This document shows positions 56,094 through 64,000 of a DNA stretch of 64,000 nt, in pieces. Numbering within the stretch: the stretch's first letter is position 1; each line of letters starts with the position of its first letter. The notes below the pieces were generated by a model. That model had not been told where the DNA came from, did no database searches, and saw only the letters and a list, made by a program, of their open reading frames with translations. The DNA lies in assembly GCA_964619725.1 (NCBI GenBank), contig CAZUFC010000004.1:32001-96000 (forward strand). The letters are read 5' to 3'. Made by a program: the position numbers and the translations under genes. This DNA is from an uncultured bacterium (lineage in GTDB: Bacteria > CSSED10-310 > CAZUFC01).

Positions 56094-57559
56094 TGAGAGA
56101 TTTACCTGCAAACAACTGCCATAAATCAACTCATTCGGAATTTCTAAAACGTTACTATTCCAAAGTGATGGTATTGTTGCAGGTGATAATTGATTTTTCA
56201 GTATTTTTCATTTCTTTCTTTCTGGGCTATCATTTTTATCATCTCTTCGGCCTTTCTATAGGATTGGGGCAGGGTCCCCAACCTCTATCGCTTTATTTAA
56301 AATTATCCCTGATCGGCGCGTTTATCTTTCTGTTTATCTTCGAAAGATTCGGATTATACACTCTTCAATCCAGCATAATGAACATGGAGGAGATAAAGCG
56401 AATAATCAAGGCTGTGATAGTAGGAGCCATGCTTCTTTTCACGGTTCAGTTTTATTACCGCGACTGGACTTACTCTCGATTGATAATTTCTTACTCGCTG
56501 ATTTTCCTGACGATCCTGACGATTGCCGAAAGAGTGATCATATACAAATTGCAGCAGAAATCTTATGTGAAAGGGCGAGGCATACACAGGGTTCTTATTT
56601 ACGGCGCGGGAGAAATCGGACAGAGTTTAATGCGACGTTTGTATCAATCGCCTAAACTGGGAATGAAGGCGATCGGATTCATTGATGACGATCCTTCGAA
56701 GAAGAATATGGTCGTCAACGGCATGAAGGGAAGCCCTGAGACGAGTTTGAAAGTTCTGGGCGATTATGATGATCTGTGCAGGATAATTCGCGATCATGAA
56801 ATCGGCGAAGTTCTGATAGCAATGCCCTCAGCGTCGCCGAAAAAAATATATCAGATAATAAAAGTGTGTTCTGATCAGAAAGTGAAATTCAGTTTTGTAC
56901 CTAACCTTTTTGATCTCATGATTCAAAATGTGCAATTTGAAGAAATCGACGGAATACCGGTCCTTCGTTTAAAGGAAAGTCATACGAGTTACCTTTACAG
57001 AATCCTTAAGCGTACTTTCGATATTGTGTTTTCATGCACCATGCTGCTCCTGTTTTTGCCTTTTTTTCCCATTGTGGCGTATCTAATTGAGAAGGATTCG
57101 GAAGGTCCGATTTTCTTCAGACAAAAGCGTGTGGGAAAGGACGGAAAAATTTTCAACATCTACAAGCTGAGGACCATGAGATACGATTCGCCGAAATACA
57201 TGAAGACTCCTGAAGACCCGAATGATCCCCGCATAACAAGGATAGGCCGTTTTCTGAGGAGATTCAGCATTGATGAAATCCCTCAATTCATCAACGTATT
57301 GAAAGGGGATATGAGCGTGGTGGGACCAAGGCCGGAAATGCCCTTTGTCGTTGAATCTTATAACGCTGCCCAGATGCAGCGACTGAAAGTGCGTCCGGGC
57401 ATTACAGGAATCTGGCAGATAAGCGCAGATCGGGCTTCACCGATACACGAAAATATCGATTATGACACTTATTACGCGGAAAACCAGTCCCTGCTGCTGG
57501 ATTTCATCATAATCGTGTATACGATCGTATCAGCCATTCGCGGCATTGGAGCGGTTTGA
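56093..57559 (+). CDS. Polyprenyl-phosphate sugar-1-phosphate (priming) transferase, WcaJ/WbaP-like
   Basis: N-terminal TMs, LIYGAG CoA-binding-like domain, KRTFDI, KLRTM, DEIPQF.NVLKGDMSVVGPRP, RPGITG.WQ. Start uncertain. Confidence 0.92.
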   Translation: MRDLPANNCHKSTHSEFLKRYYSKVMVLLQVIIDFSVFFISFFLGYHFYHLFGLSIGLGQGPQPLSLYLKLSLIGAFIFLFIFERFGLYTLQSSIMNMEEIKRIIKAVIVGAMLLFTVQFYYRDWTYSRLIISYSLIFLTILTIAERVIIYKLQQKSYVKGRGIHRVLIYGAGEIGQSLMRRLYQSPKLGMKAIGFIDDDPSKKNMVVNGMKGSPETSLKVLGDYDDLCRIIRDHEIGEVLIAMPSASPKKIYQIIKVCSDQKVKFSFVPNLFDLMIQNVQFEEIDGIPVLRLKESHTSYLYRILKRTFDIVFSCTMLLLFLPFFPIVAYLIEKDSEGPIFFRQKRVGKDGKIFNIYKLRTMRYDSPKYMKTPEDPNDPRITRIGRFLRRFSIDEIPQFINVLKGDMSVVGPRPEMPFVVESYNAAQMQRLKVRPGITGIWQISADRASPIHENIDYDTYYAENQSLLLDFIIIVYTIVSAIRGIGAV

Positions 57560-57633
57560 TACTAAAAAAGTTCTCGCTTGAATTAAACTTGTCGAACATT
57601 CAACGGCAAAGAAAAAACGACGAAAGTATTGCA

Positions 57634-58137
57634 ATGGCAGTAAATCAACATTTAACAACAATAAAAACGGATTCGCCGGCCCATACTATAGACCTGGGTC
57701 GATTCATCGGTTCGAAACTCGACGCCGGAGATCTGATCGCTTTATTCGGTGATCTGGGCAGCGGGAAGACATGCCTGATCCGGGGAATTTGTTATGGATT
57801 GGAAATAAGTGATGAGGAACATTTTTCGAGTCCCAGTTTTACTTTAATGAACAGATACGAAGGGCGTTTACCTATCTATCATTTTGACTTCTATCGACTT
57901 GCAGACGCGTCGGAAGTTTACGATACGGGTATAGAAGATTTCTTCGACGGTGAAGGAGTCGTACTCATAGAGTGGGCGGATCGATGTCTTGAAATGCTGC
58001 CTGAAGAACGCCTGGAAATATCTATTGAATTTGGTTCCTCGGATGATAGCGAAACAAGAATCTTCAGATTAAATGTTAAACACGAATCCCACGCTCCAAT
58101 AATAAGGGAATTGAGAGATGTTTATTCTGGGAATTGA
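57634..58137 (+). CDS. tsaE: tRNA t6A biosynthesis ATPase TsaE
   Basis: GDLGSGKT, SSPSF, HFDFYRL, LIEW. Confidence 0.95.
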   Translation: MAVNQHLTTIKTDSPAHTIDLGRFIGSKLDAGDLIALFGDLGSGKTCLIRGICYGLEISDEEHFSSPSFTLMNRYEGRLPIYHFDFYRLADASEVYDTGIEDFFDGEGVVLIEWADRCLEMLPEERLEISIEFGSSDDSETRIFRLNVKHESHAPIIRELRDVYSGN

Positions 58138-59101
58138 AACCTCTTGCGACGATACCTCGGCTGCGGTCGTAGAAGACGGCCGGATAATAAAATCAAACGT
58201 CATCTCGAATCAGACGCTTTTTCACAAAGAATACGGCGGCATAGTGCCTGAAATAGCATCAAGAAAACATATAGAGAACATATTGCCTGTCGTATATGCC
58301 GCTTTGAAGGATGCAAAAGTCAGAGCGGAAGATTTATCAGCAGTCGCTGTTACCTTTAAACCAGGATTGATAGGGTCTTTGATCGTGGGAGTCGCTGCTG
58401 CAAAATCCCTCTCCTATGCCTGGAAATTGCCCTTGATAGGCATTAATCATCTTGAAGCTCACTTGTATGCCAATTTTTTCGAGAAACTCAAGTATCCCGA
58501 ACAGCACCTGGCTTTGCTGGTTTCAGGAGGCCACACCATGTTGGTCCGAATAAATGATCAGGGGCAGTTCAGTATTGTGGGAGGAACGGTTGATGATGCT
58601 GCAGGAGAGGCTTTCGATAAGGCCGCAAAATTGCTTGGATTAGGATTTCCAGGCGGACCAATAATAGAATCGAAGGCAGCTAAAGGTGACCCGGAAAAAA
58701 TAGTATTTCCTCAACCAATGCGCGATAGCGGCGATTTCAACTTCAGTTTCAGCGGATTGAAAACAGCTCTGCGGAATTACCTTTTGAGGAATCCTGATTA
58801 CGATTTGGTCGATGTCTGTGCAGGCTTTCAGAAAAGCGTTGTTGAAATATTAACCTTTAAAACTTTTAGAGCCGTTCGGGACCTTCATTTCAAAACAGCA
58901 GCCATCGCAGGCGGAGTGGCAGCTAACGGCGCTCTGCGGTCAGCATTTGAAAGAGAGGGAAAAATACGGGAATGCAGAGTAGTTTATCCGTCTCCAAAAC
59001 TTTGCACGGATAATGCCGCAATGGTAGCCGGGCTGGCGTATCATAAACTTGCGGAAGGAATACGACATGATATGACCCTGAACGCTTATCCGTCATTTTA
59101 A
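58118..59101 (+). CDS. tsaD: tRNA t6A transferase TsaD
   Basis: ILGIETSCDDT, GGIVPEIASRKH, HLEAH, VSGGHT, DDAAGEAFDK, FSFSGLK, CTDNAAM. Confidence 0.96.
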   Translation: MFILGIETSCDDTSAAVVEDGRIIKSNVISNQTLFHKEYGGIVPEIASRKHIENILPVVYAALKDAKVRAEDLSAVAVTFKPGLIGSLIVGVAAAKSLSYAWKLPLIGINHLEAHLYANFFEKLKYPEQHLALLVSGGHTMLVRINDQGQFSIVGGTVDDAAGEAFDKAAKLLGLGFPGGPIIESKAAKGDPEKIVFPQPMRDSGDFNFSFSGLKTALRNYLLRNPDYDLVDVCAGFQKSVVEILTFKTFRAVRDLHFKTAAIAGGVAANGALRSAFEREGKIRECRVVYPSPKLCTDNAAMVAGLAYHKLAEGIRHDMTLNAYPSF

Positions 59102-59141
59102 ATTGAAGCATATCGTTAATGCTGAATAAAAAACTTCTGCG

Positions 59142-61169
59142 ATGAAGATTATATTAAAATTGATGATTTTCTTTTCGCTAATTCTTTTCTATTCCGTATC
59201 CTCCTTTATTTCATTTGCTGAGGGCGTCTCATCATATCTGCCGGATGATCTTTACAAAATATCGGAGCTTTCTCAGGGAAAATCGAAAATTCGCGCAGGA
59301 CAGGTTTCAAGTTTTGACCGCACGGGAGGAAATGATGATGGTTTCAGCGGGAAATATTCTTTTCTTCGAAGAGAAGGCGGAAAGTTGGTTTTAGCTGATC
59401 TGGAAGGTCCCGGCTGCATCACCAGAATCTGGACGCCCACATTACTGGATAGAAACATCGAATTTTATTTTAACGAAGCTGAAGAGGCCGCTTTAATCAT
59501 TCCATTCAGAAAACTGTTCGACGGTTCGTTTTTTCCTTTCATCTCTCCATCAGCGGAATCAGCATTGGGAGGTTACGTTTCTTATGTACCGATTCCGTTC
59601 AGCGAATCCTGCAAGGTTGCAATCGACAGCGAAAAAATGAATTTCTATCAGATAACGTATCATCAGTATGACGAACAACCCTTAGAATCATTTCCGTCGA
59701 TTCCCGACGAAGAATACAGGAAGCATCATCAGATGTTTGAACTGAAAACTCTTTCTGCGATGAAAGGTGAATTCAGGCACGCTCGATCTGAAACGAGAGA
59801 GATTCCTCAAATGCTGCTGGCCCCGGGTCAGAAAGCGACATTGTGGGAATGCCACGGAGCTTATAAGATATTGAATATTGAACTGGAGTCGTCTGATTAC
59901 GACGGCGGGGTATTGCGAGCTGTGATTTTGCGTATATTCTGGGACGGTTCGCCTTTGCCCGCAGTGGAAGTCCCGCTGGGTGACTTCTTCGGACAAGCTT
60001 TCGGCGAATCGGTTATTCAATCATATGTTATTTCTTCAAAGCCCGGGTTCCGATGTTCTTTTCCCATGCCTTTTAAAAAGAAGGCCGTTTTTGAGTTGGA
60101 TTACGAACAGAATTATCATGATCAGTTCGACAAGTTACTGGTCCTGTCAGGTGAGGTAGCCGTTCAACCGATAAATCCTGAACAGATGAAAAATGAGAAA
60201 TATTTCCATGCCGTCTGGAGGAGAGAGAATCCCACGACTAAGCATTTGCCTTATTCTATCCTCGATGTGGAAGGATCGGGGCATTTCGTCGGTTTTCAAC
60301 TGCAGTGCACGGGGAAAATACCGGGATTATTGGAATATTTCGAGGGCGACGAACGTATTTTCGTCGACGGAGAATTAGCCATTCATGGAACTGGATCGGA
60401 AGATTGCTTTAACGGAGGTTGGTATAATATCACCGGGCGTTGGGATCATCAGCAGAATTTGCCTTTGTACGGCTGCACACGCTTCGATCTCAGCGCTTCG
60501 CAAACCGGCGCCTATAGATGGTATATAGGCGATTTCGTCCCCTTCTCCAGGAGCTTTCGCATGGAAATCGAACACGGTCCCGTTAACAACAACATCTTAA
60601 CGGATTATTGCTCAACCGCATACTATTACGAAGCTTCTCCTGCTGGTAACGGCAAAAAAATACCTGGCCTGGATGAAAGATCAATCATGGCGCCTGATTT
60701 GTTGGTTTTCGAAGGAGAACAATTGCCGATACCCCAATGGTCTTTCACAGGGCCCCCCGTCGACAAACCCGCGGTCGACAAAGAAAAATGGAGCCAGGCA
60801 AGATATTTGCGATTAAAAGGCGACGGCAAATGCCCCTTAGGTTATGAATACATTATGACCGTCGTTGAAATCGAAAAGGAAGACGATTATGAAGTCCAAA
60901 TATTTTATGCTGCAGGACAGGAATTCGGTTCCGTGCAGCTCTTCCTCGACGGATTTGCCTTCGGCCCCAAAATAAACTGTTTCTCTGAAAAATTTCAAAG
61001 AAAAGGTCCCATTTCTTTGGGCATCAAACATTTTCAAAAAGGTAATCACATTTTTGAATTCAGAATCTTTTCAGAGAATAAAGAAATCGGGAAACATCAC
61101 TTCGGTTTGGATAAAATAGAATTCAAACGTCTGCGCCACAGATTGCTGAACGATCCTAAGAAAAAATAA
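59142..61169 (+). CDS. Secreted DUF2961 / GH172-like protein with C-terminal beta-sandwich
   Basis: Signal peptide, SSFDRTGGNDDG, GPGCITRIW, duplicated PIPF/PMPF domains, EGDE, GTGSEDCF, IEHG. Confidence 0.85.
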   Translation: MKIILKLMIFFSLILFYSVSSFISFAEGVSSYLPDDLYKISELSQGKSKIRAGQVSSFDRTGGNDDGFSGKYSFLRREGGKLVLADLEGPGCITRIWTPTLLDRNIEFYFNEAEEAALIIPFRKLFDGSFFPFISPSAESALGGYVSYVPIPFSESCKVAIDSEKMNFYQITYHQYDEQPLESFPSIPDEEYRKHHQMFELKTLSAMKGEFRHARSETREIPQMLLAPGQKATLWECHGAYKILNIELESSDYDGGVLRAVILRIFWDGSPLPAVEVPLGDFFGQAFGESVIQSYVISSKPGFRCSFPMPFKKKAVFELDYEQNYHDQFDKLLVLSGEVAVQPINPEQMKNEKYFHAVWRRENPTTKHLPYSILDVEGSGHFVGFQLQCTGKIPGLLEYFEGDERIFVDGELAIHGTGSEDCFNGGWYNITGRWDHQQNLPLYGCTRFDLSASQTGAYRWYIGDFVPFSRSFRMEIEHGPVNNNILTDYCSTAYYYEASPAGNGKKIPGLDERSIMAPDLLVFEGEQLPIPQWSFTGPPVDKPAVDKEKWSQARYLRLKGDGKCPLGYEYIMTVVEIEKEDDYEVQIFYAAGQEFGSVQLFLDGFAFGPKINCFSEKFQRKGPISLGIKHFQKGNHIFEFRIFSENKEIGKHHFGLDKIEFKRLRHRLLNDPKKK

Positions 61170-61223
61170 AATTCAGGCGACGGCCGAACTTCGAAATTCT
61201 GACTTTAATCGAACTGCCAGGCA

Positions 61224-62849
61224 TTAATCCGTTTTTCTGTGATAGACCGCAAAATCTTCTATGGCGGTAATTCGTTTATAATCAGACTCCAAATAATCAT
61301 AAAGCTCCGGGAAATTTCGTAATTGCACTTCAGAGGTGAACAGTTCCAAATCATTCCTATCTCTCTTCAACACCAGAAAAAGCTCAGGCTTGTTCTTTTT
61401 TAATTCCTCGATGCATATCCGTCTTCGCTTTGTTTTGTTCCATTCGATTACCGAAAGGGGATAATCAAAAATGAACCGGGAGGCAGGTCGGCGGTCGCTT
61501 AGAGCATAAACAAGAGGTTCATATCCCCAGATGAAAATTTTTTCTGAATCCTGGACTTCCTTTTTGATATAATCAGCTACGAGCACATCAGCATAATAAT
61601 TAAAATCATTGAGTCCCCACCTGAATCGAGAATAAAAAATTTTTCGACTCAGTTCTCCTTTATAGTAGTCCCAATATCCCTGAGATTTGTAATATCTTGA
61701 ATGAAATGCCGTATAAGGAACCAAAGAGGCCGCAAATAAAGCGCAGAATAAATATTTCAGAAAAGACGAATAAGGTCTGCGGGTTAATTGCATTATCCAG
61801 TTTTGTCCGAGCGATGCCATTATCGCCAGGGGTAAAACGATATTCTGGTAGTGATACAGCCAGAATTTTCTTTGAACGAATACGCTGCAAAGAACAGCGA
61901 TCCACCATAACAGGGGGATTGCTGCGTATCGTATGTCAACGGAACGCCTTCCGGCAACTAAACCGATGATTCCCAGTAAAGACAAAATGTAGAGAGGAAA
62001 CAAATAGGGGAAAGCAAACAGTATTCTCGGCCATAGTGGGAGCGTACCCATAGAAATTGACCCGGCGCTTGAATGATAAAGATTGAAAATTATCGTCGCT
62101 TCGACGAATTCGGACAGAATGCCGGCAAAATAAAGTAATGGAAAAAAGAGCATCCAAAGAAAGGCACAACCAAAACAAAACCAGAAGAGGGATTTTAACT
62201 TGTTTGTTTTTCCATGAATTGCTGCTGCAGCCATACAAACCGGAACGAGAAGGACGGCGGTGGTTTTTGCCGTAAGGGCCAGGCTGATGCATAATCCTGC
62301 CAGAAATTCATTGAAGTAAATCCAATGGCCTTTTTCAACCCTGCGGGTTCTTCTTAAAATCAACAATAAGCTGCATAACATGAAAAAGTCGATTAGAATT
62401 TCAGCTTGCAGTCGATTCCAGTAGCCTCCGAAGGGTAGCCTGTTGAAAAATATCAGATAAAGGAAAAGAGCGAATAAAGAGAAAAAATGTTTCTTTATCG
62501 GACGCTTTTCGAAATCTTCGGCCGGATAAATCAGTCGCAGCAAGACGCCGCTCAACTTGTACAGCAAAATTCCATTGAGCAGAACGATGATTATTTCCAT
62601 TATTGTTATTCCGATAAAATCATGAAAGAACACTTGAGCGACCATGTAAACAAAATACACGCACGGAGGTTTATGATCCCAAATATCCTGGTAAGGTTTT
62701 TCACCATTAAGCATGCCTTCTGCGACCACCCAGAAAACTCCCTGATCTCTTCCAGGAGGTTCAATTAAATCCGGCATACGAATCAATACTCCGAACAACA
62801 GAATGACCATGAATATTAAATTCAGTTTCAGATGTGATTTTTGGTTCAT
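61224..62849 (-). CDS. GT-C (GT39/ArnT-like) membrane glycosyltransferase
   Basis: RDQGVF, PYQDIWDHKPP, QAE, many TMs, IFIWG.EP.VY periplasmic tail. Confidence 0.8.
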   Translation of the reverse strand: MNQKSHLKLNLIFMVILLFGVLIRMPDLIEPPGRDQGVFWVVAEGMLNGEKPYQDIWDHKPPCVYFVYMVAQVFFHDFIGITIMEIIIVLLNGILLYKLSGVLLRLIYPAEDFEKRPIKKHFFSLFALFLYLIFFNRLPFGGYWNRLQAEILIDFFMLCSLLLILRRTRRVEKGHWIYFNEFLAGLCISLALTAKTTAVLLVPVCMAAAAIHGKTNKLKSLFWFCFGCAFLWMLFFPLLYFAGILSEFVEATIIFNLYHSSAGSISMGTLPLWPRILFAFPYLFPLYILSLLGIIGLVAGRRSVDIRYAAIPLLWWIAVLCSVFVQRKFWLYHYQNIVLPLAIMASLGQNWIMQLTRRPYSSFLKYLFCALFAASLVPYTAFHSRYYKSQGYWDYYKGELSRKIFYSRFRWGLNDFNYYADVLVADYIKKEVQDSEKIFIWGYEPLVYALSDRRPASRFIFDYPLSVIEWNKTKRRRICIEELKKNKPELFLVLKRDRNDLELFTSEVQLRNFPELYDYLESDYKRITAIEDFAVYHRKTD

Positions 62850-63185
62850 ATCAGGATGTTCTGTTCTAATGGAATCATTCCGAATCCCTGCTGATCGGCG
62901 CATTCCCTCATTGGCACAAATTCATAATAACAGTCCGGCTGTTTTTTTCAATCAAAAATGCTGTCATATTTTTCATGAGTTTCTATTGACAAACGGTGAG
63001 TTTTTCCAAAGCCGGCGTCAGCTTACTGTTTTTCTCCATTACCCTCTGAGTAATATGCCTTCCCGGCAAATTTCGGTTTTAAACTATAACTTTTTTCGAT
63101 ATATTAAAGGGGGAAACGCTGAATCGCTTTGTGGACGTATGCATTTCAGAAAAGTTTAAACTATCGCAACCAAAGGAGAAGCAAA

Positions 63186-63923
63186 TTGCTGATTTTAGCT
63201 GTCGATACGGCCACCCGTTGCAGCAGCGCAGCGCTGCTCGACGATGATCTGCCTTTAGCTGAAGAGACGGTCTTATCGGCTCACACACACTTGGCGAATT
63301 TAATGCCTTCAATAGACAGGCTTCTATCAAGAATTGACGCTGATATTAAAGATATTGATTTGTTCGCTGCTGCAGCAGGACCCGGCTCATTTACGGGGTT
63401 GAGAGTAGGAGTAACGACAATAAAAACACTGTCCTTCAGTCTAAAGAAACCTGCTTTGGGAATATCCACGCTGGAGGGATTAGCATGTAATGTTCGCGAG
63501 CACGCGGGATTTATAGCGCCGATGATCGATGCAAGAAAAAAAGAAATATTTGCAGCTCTTTATCAATCGAACGGCAGAGAATTACGCCTGTCTGCAGGTC
63601 CTTTCGTAGAACCTGTTGAGAAATTCATCGCTCGAATCGAAAAACCGGCTCTTCTCGTCGGCAATGCAATAGATGCATATAAGCGCCGAATAGCCGATTG
63701 CGAATCCGATGCATTGACCTTAAGCGACAGAGATCGCAGCATACATCACGCTTCCAGTATAGGGCGCCTGGCATTTAAACGTTTTGAAGCAAAAAAAGAG
63801 GAAACTGTTTTTGAATGGAGTATGGAATATTCAAGTAATGTAAATCCCGTATATGTCAGACGGCCGGAAGCTGAAATCAATAGACTGAAAAGAAAAGAAA
63901 AAAATGAAAAAAACTCTTTATAA
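63186..63923 (+). CDS. tsaB: tRNA t6A biosynthesis protein TsaB
   Basis: ILAVDTAT, GPGSFTGLRVG, ISTL, IDARKKE, PVYVR. TTG start after AAGGAG. Confidence 0.95.
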   Translation: MLILAVDTATRCSSAALLDDDLPLAEETVLSAHTHLANLMPSIDRLLSRIDADIKDIDLFAAAAGPGSFTGLRVGVTTIKTLSFSLKKPALGISTLEGLACNVREHAGFIAPMIDARKKEIFAALYQSNGRELRLSAGPFVEPVEKFIARIEKPALLVGNAIDAYKRRIADCESDALTLSDRDRSIHHASSIGRLAFKRFEAKKEETVFEWSMEYSSNVNPVYVRRPEAEINRLKRKEKNEKNSL

Positions 63924-64000
63924 CGGTTTTCTGCAACAATACGCGGTAAAAAGAAATCTGGCTTTCAACAAATCAAGGCTATCATCTTTTGGAAAACTAA
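63904..64000 (+). CDS. Possible 5' end of the next gene (runs off window)
   Basis: ATG 63904 overlaps the tsaB end and the frame is open to the window edge (MKKTLYNGFLQQ...). Too short to assess. Confidence 0.3.
   Translation, partial: MKKTLYNGFLQQYAVKRNLAFNKSRLSSFGKL

Noticed and set aside
62911-62928. TTGGCAC as a sigma54 -24 element
   Set aside because: No TTGC at the -12 position.
151-63469. Numerous short or antisense ORFs in the track (e.g. 1158-1772, 9198-9851, 11783-12607)
   Set aside because: They overlap well-supported genes in other frames and show no motifs or RBS, so they are shadow ORFs.
1-64000. CRISPR arrays, tRNA/rRNA genes, transposases, prophage or defence genes
   Set aside because: No regularly spaced repeats, cloverleaf motifs or relevant protein motifs were seen by eye. 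A formal scan was not possible.

Overview
A 64-kb chromosomal segment from a probably anaerobic, diderm bacterium. Anaerobic clues are superoxide reductase, a rubrerythrin-like protein, many B12/Fe-S enzymes and GTP-PEPCK; diderm clue is a GT9 heptosyltransferase. I saw no rRNA, tRNA, CRISPR array, integrase or transposase. Contents in order: (1) a partial secreted protein missing from the ORF track and a PLP aminotransferase. (2) An ~18-kb surface-glycosylation locus (2.4-20.7 kb) combining four cobalamin-binding radical SAM enzymes, a SPASM radical SAM, a URO-D-family protein, a SAM methyltransferase, GT4, an acyltransferase, an epimerase, two flippase-like membrane proteins and two TMTC-like GT-C transferases. 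This is the best candidate for an undescribed system. (3) A two-gene split RdgC, speA, and a GNAT / Cys-less thiolase / DUF35 operon (second-best candidate) divergent from pckG. (4) A six-gene oxidative-stress block. (5) A signalling island of four histidine kinases, two stand-alone receivers and a wHTH protein with a degenerate nucleotidyltransferase domain. (6) mazG, an M24 peptidase, an NtrB/NtrC-like pair, rarA and tex. (7) An operon of M16 peptidase, DegT, Gfo/Idh/MocA, GT9, a priming sugar transferase, tsaE, tsaD and DUF2961, then a third GT-C gene and tsaB. Non-coding signals are many unrelated long-range inverted repeats in intergenic DNA, an attenuator-like leader, and sharp local G/C-skew flips. 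All calls come from motif recognition by eye; no database searches were run.
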